Assembly (NCBI GenBank): GCA_051294375.1
Contig: CM119268.1
Coordinates: forward strand, 15,091,082 to 15,155,081
DNA length: 64,000 bases
Source: Paraspadella gotoi
Lineage: Eukaryota > Animalia > Chaetognatha
Reading direction: 5' to 3'
Under the pieces are notes generated by a model. That model worked only from the letters and a program-made list of their open reading frames with translations. It was not told the origin of the DNA and did no database searches. Positions within the stretch are counted from its first letter, which is position 1, and each line of letters opens with the position of its first letter. The translations under genes and the position numbers were made by a program. This document shows, piece by piece, positions 21,863 to 42,167 of this stretch.

Positions 21863-23572
21863 TCAGCTCGAACAAGATTGTGAGTTTATGGTGGACGCGA
21901 CGTCATCTTTCGTGGCGTCGGCGTCGGCAGGGGCGTCGGCAGGGGCGTCGGCAACGGCGGCGTCTCCAGCGTCGATTTCATCGCCCGTCGTCTCTTGTTC
22001 GTCTCTTCGACCACCGGCGTCGCCGTTCGCGTCTTCCGGTTTGAATCGTTCGCCATTGGGTTGATCGTGGTCTGCGCCGAAGCCAAGCTCATAATTAATT
22101 AATTATAACTCTCTTTGTACTATCGAATCCGGTATTGTAATGATCATTTTTAAAAAAATGACAAAAGGGCGAAGACCTGTGATTTTAATCTCAATCGGCG
22201 ACAAAGGCAGTGGCTTCTGAGCCTCATCGAGGTCGTCGTCGTCGTCGTCGTCCTTATTCTCGTCGTCGACATCGTTGTTGGCGCGGCATTTGACGCCTCG
22301 ATGACGTTGCGCTACGACTCGCTTCCGGTGAAGGACGGTGGCGACGCCGGCGACAATTACGAGGATGACCATTAGCGGAGTTCCGACGATCGTCGCTAGG
22401 AGGCCGGGGTCGATAAACCGGTCCTGACATCTGACGGTTGTTTCAAATATATATTTTTTTTACCATTGGGTTACATTTCATCAACTGTACATTTAACCGA
22501 TTTGACCTCTTTCCCACGAATTTGGGATGGCACTCGCAGAAATGTTCGGAGAGGCTCGTGTTGTCGTGTGACCAGTGATTCTGCAGGCAGGTGCCTCCAT
22601 TCAGGCAAAAGTGATCTCTTAAGCTAAGATGGGACAGGTGAGAGGGAAAAATAGATATTACTTAAAAGTTGAATTTATCCCCAGCGACTAAGATGAAGCA
22701 ACAACTACGACTAAATTTACGACGTTATCTCCAACTAATTGCTTATTCAAAAGTGCAAAGCGAACAAAAGAGCAACCGGTTTGACCGGAACCTGAAGACC
22801 AAAAGAGTAACATTAACTTTTACGTAAACACTAACTGACGTCTTGTTGGCGCATTTGACGTAGCGGATGTCGAAGGGCTTTCTCGTCGTCACGTCCGAAG
22901 GTTCTGGAGTCGGGGGCGAAGTCGGAGGCGGTCTCGTAATTCGGACGCATCCTGAGACGGACACGAATACAAAAAGGGTCACTGTCGGTCACTGTCGACT
23001 GATGTTCAAACTCATCTGGACAGAGGCAGAGATTTGATTCGTGTGAGTCCAAAATAATAAAAAAGAGTAGGCTGGTCAACTATTTGACTTTCGGTCGTAG
23101 TTCACGATTTAGGTAAGTTCAAGAGTCGTTAAGGTTGTTGTCGTTGTTGTCACCAAATAATTCATTTAATAAATAAGCTATTTTGCTCACGACGTTGGGC
23201 AGGCTATGGTACTTAAAGGCCTCCATCACTCGTACAAGATAATATATATTATTTAACACAAAAATTCAAAAAATCTACGATTAAGCAACAAACATCGCGA
23301 AACTATTTTAAATCATGTCATGTGTATCCATTATTAAACTGAATGACTTAAGTGGTTGATGAATGACAAGATTAAGAGACCGACGCAGGAATAAAGTGGT
23401 CTATACTGTATATTGTATAATGTTTATAATTATACATATATATATATTATTTTTAAAGATAGGATACTTCCCCCGTCTCGAATATCGTTCTACCTTCGCA
23501 GATGAAGGGAAACACGGAGAGGAACAACACGGTCAGTTCAATTTCACTGTTGATCTTGTTACGCTTAAACAT
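21863..23572 (-). CDS. Type I membrane protein with a single EGF domain (EGFR/ErbB-ligand-like); exons approx. 23572-23494, 22951-22840, 22624-22507, 22430-22177, 22071-21863
   Basis: Putative signal peptide MFKRNKINSEIELTVLFLSVFPFICEG, Pro/Thr stalk, EGF motif CANKTLRDHFCLNGGTC(x16)CECHPKFVGKRC, TM segment LLATIVGTPLMVILVIVAGVATVL followed by HRKR, then an acidic tail. Intron phases are consistent. Confidence 0.8.
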
Positions 23573-24005
23573 GATAGAGAAAAATCCAGTTTTTTTTGAA
23601 AAATCGGAAGATTTTTTTTTTCGATTTTTGATTTCCCCTTAATATCGGATTCGTTTTTTTTCGATTTGGGTGGACAGTTTAATGATCTTCCTCGCCAATT
23701 TATTTTCTTGCCCGCGCTTTGTTGTATAGAAAAAAATGTAAAATTTTTGGGATTCTTTTAATTTGATATTTTTTTTTGCTTTCAGTAGTTGTCCCCGTAA
23801 TTGTCGGCTTCGCCGGCGTCTCGAGGAGCAGGTGCGAGGAAGATGCCCTTCTCTGTCTCCATCTCGCTCCATTGCACATTTCCGTTCCACGGTTTCTTCA
23901 TGACGGACCTCGGAAGGGTACACGATACGGAAGAAGAAGGTTGCATGTTATCTCTTCAATTTCCAAAACGAAAGAAAATAAAGGGGGATGAGATTTGAGA
24001 GCTAG

Positions 24006-32274
<8,269 letters not shown>

Positions 32275-33625
32275 ATGGTTGAGCGTTCCAAGTCCGGCGT
32301 CGTCCTTCTCCCGGGACTCAACGACGCCGTCCGACCGTCATCCTCTCCAGCCCGTCGTTTCCCCAGAGATGAGACGCTTGACGTTCCCAAGTCCGTCGAG
32401 AACCGCGGCGGGCGTGCCTCTTCCAACACTTCGTCGACCGAGGCCGACTTTAGCGTCATCTCTTCGGCCTCAACCCAACTCGACATAAAAGCCATGCGTG
32501 ACAAGAGCCGGCTCACTCATCGCGGAGGCCTTCGCGGCCGCCGAAAGCCCACGCGGCCGGCCAAGGGCGTGACCGACGTCGGACGCGGAGCGAGAGACTC
32601 GATCGGCAGCCTCTCCGTGACCTCCGACTTTGGAAGCCGCGAATCCGGCATCTCCGAGACGATGGACTCTCCCACCGCCGAGGAGATCGTGGCGTCGTTC
32701 ACGCCATCTCAAGCGACGTTATCCACGCCCGCGGCGCCGCCCTGGCGGTCATCGCCCGCTCACGCCGCCAACGAAGGCATCGCCGCCATAATGACGTCGT
32801 CGTTCCACGGTCGCGGCGTCCTGCAAGACAACGAGGACGACGACGCCGATCGCGGATCCTCGCTCAAGACCTCCACGTCTTCGCACAACATCTCGCCCTC
32901 GCATTTCTTGAAAAGACCCAATAAAAATCCCGTAAGCTCACCCAACAACCCCGCGATCGGCGAGATCAACTCCGCCTCCCGCGGTTCCCCGTTCCACCTC
33001 ATCGCGGGCCGGAACCACGACATTTCGTCTCCGCAAAGACGGCTCGTCGCCGGCAACGACCCGATTGACAAGACGGCGTCGCCGCCGACGTCTTCATCGT
33101 CGCCGCTGCGTGACGCCACCCGCGGCAACAAGATGGAGGAACTCGATCAAATCATCGTCGAGATGGAAAATTTCGCCAAGAAAGTCGGCGGGAAAGGTTC
33201 CGCTCCCGAAGCCGGCGCCGTCTCCGATCCACCCGGCGCCGACGACAAAGTTGAAAAGAGTCAACCTTCGCCCAGGACCGCTCCTTCATCCTTTTCCACA
33301 ATCCCCACCACTCTCAGCGCCACCACCGTCTCCATCAACCCATGGGGCAGCGTCAAATTGACGAGCGTCGCTAAATCGCCTACGAAGACGCGATACAACA
33401 ACAAAGAGTGGGAAAGCGACTCGAGCGGATTTCTTGGCGTCGAAGACAAAGAAAACGACGGAGGCGCCGGTCGCTTAACTTCGCCCGGGGCCCGAGTCGG
33501 TGAGGCGAAGAACGCCGCCGCTCGACAACAGCAAAAGCAGCAGCAGCAGAAAAGTCCTGCGGCGACTGGGAGCGGAAGTTTATCCAAAGGGAAAATCTCT
33601 TCGTTTCTGGGAAAGTTCGGCGGCA

Positions 33626-33673
<48 letters not shown>

Positions 33674-36009
33674 TCGATAGAGATCATCCCGAGACTTTCG
33701 TGACACTGGGACTGTCCAAGCTGACAAACGTCCCGACTACAAATCTCGCGACGTCCCCAACCACATCAACGACGACGACGATGCCGACGTCGCCGACCAA
33801 AGGTCTCCGTACGTCGCCCTTGAACAAGAAACCGACGTCGGTCGTTGCCGAAGTGACCGACGTTTCGAGATCATCTTCATCGTCGTCCGTCGGCGTCGTC
33901 AAACCTTCCCCGACTACGCGCGATCAACCTCCTTGGGTGATCGACGCTCTCAACCGAAAGAAGCGCCTCTCGGATCAGCTCAGCGTCAAAGGAGTCGTCG
34001 ACGAGGAGAGCGAGCACACCTCTACGACGTCATCGTCGCCGACCAAGCAGACCATGTCGGTATCGGTCTCTGCCCCCAAACCTCTCGTGTCGGCTACAAG
34101 GCCGGAATTTTCGGCCAAGTCGAAATTGTCGTCGTCGTTGTCGACGTCGTTGTCATCGACCCCGATCTCCTCCACATCTTCCTCCTCCAGGCCCCTCGCT
34201 TCGGCCTCGTTTTCGACTCCCAGGTCGCTCTCGTCGCTTTCGGCGCTCAATTCCGGCGTCACATCCATCTCGGTCGCTTCCGGAGATGAAAACGTCAAAG
34301 ATCATCGAACCGACCCTTTGGACGCGTCGACGTCGCCAAGGACGTCGTCATCGTCGTCGTATTCCACGCCATCCTGGTTGAAGAACCTCCAGCTCCGCAA
34401 GACGACCGTCTCGACTTCGCGACTTCAACGATCCCTCTCAGGCGGGTCTTCGCTTCCCGCCGCCGTGACGACGAAGGCTTTGTCGTCGCCGCCGTCGCCG
34501 CCGCCGGAGGTCGCCGCAAGCTCGTCTCCGACTTTGACGCGGAAGAACTCGATGCCCTCGACGCACAAAGAGTTGATCATCTACGATCTCGACACTCACA
34601 CCTCCTACTGCAACGTGAGTCGCGGCGGAACGGAACCGCGAGAAACTTCGAGGCCACGCAGAGCGGAGAAGCAACAATCGAGCGGCGATGAGGCCGAGTC
34701 TCCGTCGAAGAATCGAATCGGCGAAGAGTCGAGTCGCCTCAAATTTTTCCGCTCGACAAGTCGCGATTCCTACAACGCCATCGGCGCCGCAACGAGAAAC
34801 GCCAAAACTCCAAAGACGCCGACGACGCCTTTGATCGACGAGTTCGGGTCGCCGACGACGTTGACGTCGCCGCCCGCTGCGTCCGGCGTAGATCATCCCA
34901 ACGCCGGCGGAAACGCGGTTCAGCCTTCGCCGATAACGCCGCCGACGGATTCCGTTCCGTTGTGGAAGCAAGAGTTGCAAGCTCGTAAGAATCAGCTGCA
35001 ACAACAGAGGGCTAACCAGCATGGTCGACAGCCGCAGCCGCAGCAGGGTCGACAGCCGCAGCCGCAGCAGCAAAAGTCTCCGGCGCGTATCAAACCGCAA
35101 GTTATGGTTGCGCCTTGCTTCGCGGGAAACACGGACAATTTTTCGATTCCTCCGTCGATGACTTCTTCGTCGTCAAGGGTTTCGTCGTCGTCTTTTACTT
35201 CGTCGTCGTTGACGTCGTCGTCATTGACCTTCGCGTTAAATTCGCAAAATCGACGATCAATTCGAGGCTCCAGCGAAGACGAGGAGAGGCGCATGAACGA
35301 GTTGAACAGATCGTTACGAGGCAACGCGGCCGATGTCGAAGATCGGTCAGTCTCCAACCCCATTCGACTCCCCTCTGCACCAGCCAAGCCCTCTACCATT
35401 CCTCCTGCAAAACCTCCCCGGCAGATGTCGTTCTCGCCTTCCTCCGAATCTCCTCGTAGCCCGACCTCCGTGAGCGACCCTTTCTCCACGGGGAATTGTC
35501 TATCCGACGCCGGGGATTCCTGCGCGAAACCGGAATCTCCCAGAGTTAAAACGCCCTCTGGTTCTGGGTTCAATCCGGCGACTTCGATCGGCGGAGTCGA
35601 CCGGAAAACGTCGCAAGTGGGAGCCGTTGATCTGCGACGAAGCGGTGGAACGCCGGCGTCTTCGTCGTCGTCTTCGTCTGCGTCCAATTTTCCGAGATGG
35701 AAATTGGATCTGATGGAGAGGCGCCGAAAAGGCACGGAAGAGTCGGCTGCTCCGTTGACCTCGAAGCCCGCGTCAACTAAACCCGAATTGGCCGTAGCGG
35801 GAGTTCCTCGTCAAAATCGATCGTCGGATTCGGGAGCAGAGTCGGCGGTGGCCTCGACGACCGCCTCAAATTCCGTGGGACGTTCGGGGTCCCTGCGATC
35901 CTACGTGGCGCCGAGACCGTTAACGACGGGACCCTGCAGCGCCGAACCCGAGTGGAAGGTGCTGGCGCAGCAAAAACAAAGAAGGATTGCTTCGCTGCTG
36001 GACAAGTAA
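32275..36009 (+). CDS. 1244-aa single-exon, intrinsically disordered protein; TNKS1BP1/KIAA1671/CRACD-like actin (capping protein) regulator
   Basis: Uninterrupted ORF. N-terminal DFSVISSASTQLDIKAMRDKSRLTHRGGLRGRRKPTRP resembles the Tankyrase_bdg_C/DUF4592 motif. Five PxW-helix motifs: PPWVIDALNRKKR, PSWLKNLQLRK, PLWKQELQARK, PRWKLDLMERRRK, PEWKVLAQQKQRR. Confidence 0.75.
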
Positions 36010-37846
36010 AGGGCGCTAAGCTTTTTTCGCATTATAGCCGTCATCATTACCAGACCGACGATCAGCGTCCAACATCTCGCGTCGAAAATTTGAATCTCGC
36101 CTTCGCCTTCTCTCTCCTGCAAACAGACCCTTAGAAATTCCTAATATATATTTACAAATTAGCATTTGAACAAGTTTACCGCAATTTGCACGTATTGGCG
36201 CGATCATTGGTGAGATTTAGCTGCGATTCTTTTACCCACAGCTGTGCCATTGTGCAATTCTTTTCCTTTTTACGATAAATCATTCCGTTAATTTTCAATG
36301 GGGGATTTATTAAATTATTTAGACTAGTGTCGAGAAAATTAATCTTTATTTTGTTTCTTTTTATGTGATAATTGGATACACTAGTTATCACTATTCATAA
36401 GGAATTGCTCAATCTTGTTGGTTTTTCCATAAGTTGTTGGAAAAAAGTTAAGGATACATGTACTTGAAGACAATTTTTGGGACTTACAATTCACGAAATT
36501 TTGCTCCTTGCTTTCATTTAATAGAAAATTGTTCAAAAGATTAATCACCTTTTTCTTCGAAGTAATTAGTTACAGTTTGACAGCCTGACCATGCTCCAAT
36601 GACTTTTTGGGAATATAACGATCACAAATGGACCCAAATCGGCTTATGGTCAAAAAAGTAACTGTGATAAAGCATTCAAAATTAATTCGCTCAAATTCGA
36701 CATATCCAATTATCCATTGTAAGATCGATTGAATATTTGCTTGTGTACTGAAAGAAAGTCTCAACGATAGCGTTTTTGTTTCTATTTGCATTACTAATCT
36801 TGAATTCTTAAAAAAATGTTAAAGGTTCTGAAGAAACGGACGATTTTGTCTGTCTTGCCATTTGATCAATCCGTAAAAGGAACAAATTTTTGACCGCAAA
36901 AGTAATTTATGTCATAAATTGCCAAAATAATAGAGTAACCCAACAAAAAGGGGAAAAAAATTCGAAAACCGGAATTAGCTGATTTTCTTTCGCGTGATGT
37001 ATGGCATCCAATTTTTACTGAGTCTTGTCGCCATAGATACCAAATAAACTTGATCGCTCTTATCGAAATTCGACACAAAAAAATTTTTTCTACATGAAAA
37101 TGATTTTACTACGTTTAAGAAGAAGAAACCAAATTTGAGAAGTAAAAAAAAACGAGCACAGCTGGAATTTGTTTTATTTTAAATTCAAATATTATGTTAT
37201 ATTATGCAGCTTGGAGGGTGGAACCGGCTGTTTTACTGTCCTGACGAAAACTTAGCGACTGGAAAGACATGGAAATGTTTGAAATTTTTAATAAATCACT
37301 TCATCTGATTTTAATTCAGAATGTTGTATAATTTTTCGTATGCGTATACGATTGCGCTTATCAAGTGTTTTTTTTTCTTATTACGACTGTACAGAAAAAT
37401 ACAATAAGAAAAAAAATAGTTTAGTAAAAGCTTTGTAAGTTTAGGGTTGATTTATTATAACGGTATTATTTAAAATATTTTCGTAATTTTGATTATGATA
37501 ACGATACCTTTTCTGATGATTGGTCAACGAATGAGGAGTTTAATTGGTTTTGAGAGGTATTTATCAGATTTTTATCAATAATTAAAGTTCAATCCCGACT
37601 TGGTTTTTCATTGCAAGAAATTCGTTTCATTAATAAACTTCCATCCTCAAATATCAAATGTTCCAGATTCAAATTATTTTGTTTTTAATTTTTCTCTTTT
37701 GTGCAAAGATTTGGAAAAAAGTAGAAAATCGGAAGCCTTCGAAGCTATGTAGTAGAAAGTCCAAGACGCCAACATCACAAGACTGAGAAGAATTGTTAAA
37801 CGAATTAGAATTATCTCAATAAAAAAAAGTTTTAAAACCGCAAAAG

Positions 37847-40800
37847 ATGCCGACGAAAACGCTCATGGGCGCTCCGCCTTTGGTCCGTCAATATCCGCAA
37901 ATTGGTCCGCCATTGGTAGTGGATACACGGCCTGGTACCATCCTGCTCAGGCACAACGGCGTCATGCCTTACGATGAACGAATCTTGGTCACTAACTGGT
38001 GAGCTTAGCTGTCATTTTGACTCGGTTAAGTATTTAATTCATAAGACATCTGCAATAGAATTAAATTTTCCGCACCAAATCACATGCTTACATTCTTCAT
38101 AAAATTGCTATCTTTTTTTTAAATTTCTGCAACAAATTTTTTCGAAAGTTTGCCATATTGTATTAGCTGTACTATTGTACCAATGACATAAAGATCTTGT
38201 CACCCGAATCCAAGATATTAACAACAAATAAATAGATATGAGATCGTATTATTAACAAGTAAAAATATGTTTTGTTTAATAAATAATAAAATTTAGAATT
38301 AATTTTTCAAAAATCAACTACGCAGAAATCGTAACGACTAAACTAATCTTTTTATCAGTCTGCGTCTACGTTATCAAATCTCATCTGCTATTAGTAATAG
38401 TATTAGTAATAGTATTAGTAAAAAGATATTGTTGGTAATGGTAGAGTTGAACGCGTTTTGTTTTTCCTTGCAACAGGCACAGCGCGATGGAAGGTTACCC
38501 GAAGGACTACGACATTAATCTACCCGAAAAAATAAACAAAAGAGCAGCGAGTTATCGTCGTTGGGGGATGAACGATGTGGTGAGAAAAGAGTGACGAGTG
38601 AAGGAGGAAAAATGAAAAATGATTTAAGATGACCCAATGAAGAAAAAAGGGGGATGAGGCGGCATTTTCTACTGCCTGTTTAAAGTAACGTAACAGGTTC
38701 CAATTAGATATGAGGAAGCCGAGTGTCCGAGGGACTGAGCGTCCAAATCGCGTCCAACTCGCTTTGGACTCCAAGGCGAGTAATTCGTTACCATTACGCT
38801 TGTGACTTCTCTAGGGTCTTCCGTTTTACGTGAATCCAGTTAAAATTAAAGCATACTGCAGTTCTTTTCGTTATCTTTTTTTCTGGGGATCTCTCGTTTC
38901 AATGCTAACAATTTGGAACGCGATCGAAGATAAAATAAAATAAGAAGAGAGCAAAGACGAATACTTAAAAGAAAAACCGTGCTGCAAGATTTAGTCAATT
39001 CCCAAGTATCATGGCGGACGACGAGTTTCCGGCCGCTGGAGACACTCGATGGTGGCGTCACGCCGGAAACCACCACTACCCCGCGTGTTTCGGACGTCCA
39101 TGCGTCGGTTGTGATACAACGTAGGGAAACGGTCTTTTTCCGTTGGTTATTTGTTTTTATTTGTGTTCCTAGTTAGACCTTTTAGTTAATTTATTCGTTG
39201 GGCACTCTTTCCTCGGCCGGCAGTTGTGGTGAAAGCGGTGATTTAGTGTCCCTTACTCGCGCCGATACTGAGCTTTCGTTTTGGTTTTGTTAGAGACGAT
39301 CTAGATGGCCTTGAATTCCGACCTTACCTCCTGCCTGCTCCAGCTACCTTCACTACTTTGGATGCCCCAAGAAGCCAGAGCGCTACGACGACGAACTGGA
39401 GCGAAACAGAAACGAGGTCATCCGTCGACGCCTGAATGCCGTCCACATTAAGGCGCGACGCAACGTTCTTTCTGAACCCTGGCAGAATTGGGTCGGAACT
39501 GAAAGATGGGTCAGTTCACAAGATCGGAAAAGCAAGTTTTGAAATTAAATAAAAAAATCAATAGATCTTGACAAACCTAAAATTAAGATTGATTCGCTGG
39601 GCGGTTTCCAAGTCAGTTTAGGAAAGTTAGTTTTGTAACGCGCTGAATGTCAATATGCTGATATGTGCCAAATAAGTAAGATGTCTGATTGATCAATAAT
39701 AATTTTGGACAATCAGGAAGAGACACCAACTCGGGTTTTTTCCAGCGCTGTTTTACCTTTCGGAACTTGATCTGGGTTATTGCGGTGCTAGTAAAATGGC
39801 GATAAAATTGCACGACTCTCAAACGTGAGACATATATTCAGAGAGCCTGATCCCAGGTCTGAGATTCCGAGCCAAGCACTGTTGAAAATTTAATGCTGAA
39901 TAGTACTGAATAGCTGACAGTAATAATTTTTAGTGACAGAAAAGTTCAATATAAGCAGTCCTGAGCTTCGGATCAGGCTGTAACACCGTGTTACAGGCGG
40001 GTTAAGTGCCCCGTCCCTCTGAACTGCTAGGCGACCACCGGGCTAGAACCCCGGATCTTTGGGTTCGGAGGCGAATGTCTTGCCTCCTGCACCAATGGCC
40101 GCTGATGGACGGTTGGTGGATTTCATACCACCATAATACCAGCAGTTTAAACGTTTGCCCCCTTTCAGACATGCCCGATCTCCGAGTCTCGCCATCGAAT
40201 GGCCGACGTTCAAATGTTGGGGGACTTCATCGAACAACAACCTCGTCCTCCTATGATAACCGCTGACAACTTCGTCCGACTCGTCTCTTTTGACAGGTTC
40301 GAGAAATTGTTTCTGTTTATATAATGACGAGTAATGTATGAGGTATAATGTTTAAAATGTAGTTTTTCATCACTTTTTCGCGATACAGACCGATGAATTT
40401 AGACGCAGGTCATCCGCTTCCTCGTCACGGCAGCGACCACAACAAAGGTCGTTACAACACAACCTATTGCGTCGATTTTTCGGCTCCCTACTCGTACCGT
40501 CCCAAGTCTGCTGGTCCGGCCGTCGGGGCAGCTGCCGGGGTTAGTTTTCAAGGTTTATAACTTTGCAATTACAGATACTTTTTCTTTGATCCAAATGGTT
40601 TTTAATATACTTTTTCTTATTTGATCCAAAATAAATTGCGTTAGTGACACACTTGACGACATTGATAAATAATGGGTGTGAATTTTTTATATTAATAACA
40701 GCGTCTCTCTGATATAATATATACATTTGTTCATTCAGCCGCCTCCTGGCGACGAAATCGATTGGTCGGCCGCCGTTCGACGCATGAAGTCGCAGTTTAC

Positions 40801-41623
40801 TGACGTCGCCGACCACAGACGAAACGGACGTAACACTTGGCAGGACGAGAGCGGCATCTACGCTAACGAAGGTTTTAAATTGAAAGTTTAAGAATTCAGA
40901 AGCATAGCTCTACCCGTCTAGTTGTAGTCGGGCATTGCAATGTCTACGTAGTATAATGATTTACCGATTGAGAAAATTATAACTAAAAATATTTTGAAGC
41001 ATATAAGAGCAATTTTTCGTGGTTAATGTTGTTTCATTTACATTGAGAATGGAGTTGCATCTAATCGTTCACATTTAAACTGAAAACATTCGCTTCTGTT
41101 GTCGTTTTGCAGCCGCAAAGCGAAAGCGATTTGTCGTTGAGAACCCAATCGTGGCGCCCAAGGAATCACCAATAATAGAATGTCCCCCACCACCGAAAGA
41201 GTCCAACGACGTGGAGTTCACCTATGAGCCTATCACGGGTCACCATACTGTGTTCAACCCCGAAGGTAAGCTTATGTAGTAATTATTTTAATTAGTTATT
41301 ATAAGCAATAGCGCAAATAAATAAATAAATAAATAAAAATAAATATTGTACTCGTCAAAAACAGTGTTTTCTAATAAATGTGAGTGAGGCGAGGGAGGGG
41401 GAGGGAGAGGGAGAGCTGAGACAGCGACCAAAGTCTGTCAAGGATCCAACGGTTTCCACTTGTGCAGCAGATGAGATCATGAAACGACATCTGAAACGTC
41501 CATATTCCACAGTTCTCTCATTTTATCGTTTTAGGCGCCGGACCCACTCCGAAGACGAAAACTTACAAGAACTTTGTTACATTTCAAGACGAGGGTTGCA
41601 TTGATCCATGGCCGAAAACCTGA
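37847..41623 (+). CDS. CFAP95: CFAP95 (C9orf135)-like ciliary microtubule inner protein; exons approx. 37847-37998, 38477-38579, 40169-40296, 40389-40539, 40739-40871, 41113-41265, 41535-41623
   Basis: Spliced: IGPPLVVDTRPGTILLRH...YDERILVTNW|HSAMEGYPKDYDI...SYRRWG...LPRHGSDHNKGRYNTTYCVDFSAPY...MKSQFTDVADHRRNGRNTWQDESGIYAN. This is colinear with remembered C9orf135 motifs (IGPP, W...FPKGYDI, PRH...TTY, SQFTD...NTWHDESGIYAN). Confidence 0.85.
39954..40028 (-). ncRNA. Twister ribozyme, type P5 (copy B); predicted cleavage between 40004 and 40003
   Basis: Reverse complement: P5 agcagt/actgct; gagg GA CGG ggcact UAA ccc GC; P3 ctgtaaca/tgttacag; P4 cctga-U-CCG-AA-GC-tcagg. Confidence 0.88.
39954..40139 (-). 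mobile_element. Twister-bearing tRNA-derived SINE-like element, copy B (3' end apparently truncated)
   Basis: Minus strand: hairpin tggtgg..ccacca, cgtcc, tRNA-like gcggcca-tTGGTGCAGGAGG...ccggggTTCtagcccgg-tggtcgc (acceptor-like stem, A box, T arm/B box), then twister. Homologous to 57934-58169. Confidence 0.75.
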
Positions 41624-42124
41624 AATGGATAATATTATTGAAATCATATTCTTAGCATTCAAATCACTTTTTTTTAGTTTAATTTACTAATATTTAATTT
41701 TATAGGCTTGCTGAGTTAATCTTTACTTTATTAAATGTACGAGATTTAAAATAACACCAAAGTCCAAAGTGTCACAAATATTTTGCTTAACGTGGACATT
41801 ATAGCCATTATAGCCTTAGACCTTGTTAGTTGTTAGTTGTTACAATAAAGCTATGATTTTTAATACGCTGATAAGACCACTGAAAACGAGACAAAGTAAA
41901 AATTGCTTACTAAATGTGACAAACGGATGGTTCACAGATTTGCCACAGGTTTTGATTTTAACAAATGTCGCTCTCGACTAGCTAAAATTTCAAGCTCGTT
42001 TGTAGGAAGACTAAGAGCTTAAAATGACGCGACGACGCAAATCGGGGGAATTCACGAGGCAGAAATAGGGGTAGCCTAACTCTGTAAGCACCTGCTCAAA
42101 CGAAAATTTAAACATTTTTTCTAT

Positions 42125-42167
42125 GACGCTGAAGAAGGCTTGTGACTAAAGCCGAAACATGTACGTC
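42125..42167 (+). ncRNA. Minimal type I hammerhead ribozyme (Penelope-like element type)
   Basis: gacg-CTGAAGA-a-ggctt-gtgacta-aagcc-GAAA-catGTA-cgtc. Stem I is gacg/cgtc and stem II ggctt/aagcc. Stem III is the palindrome ACATGT and the cleavage triplet is GUA. AATAAA lies ~10 nt downstream. Confidence 0.8.

Noticed and set aside
22952-23079. Second EGF fragment (NLCLCPDEF) with a frameshift
   Set aside because: A good acceptor at 22952 and an in-phase signal-peptide exon at 23494-23572 explain the gene, so this stretch is probably intronic.
32470-35776. Long antisense ORFs opposite the 1244-aa gene (also opposite TESK and MED26)
   Set aside because: These are expected shadows of GC-rich, TCG/GAC-rich coding sequence.
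37241-37270. Hammerhead-like ctgacga...gaaa
   Set aside because: No stem II pairing and no stem III or cleavage triplet.
40030-40102. Functional tRNA gene
   Set aside because: No canonical anticodon arm and no oligo-T terminator; it is part of a dispersed element.
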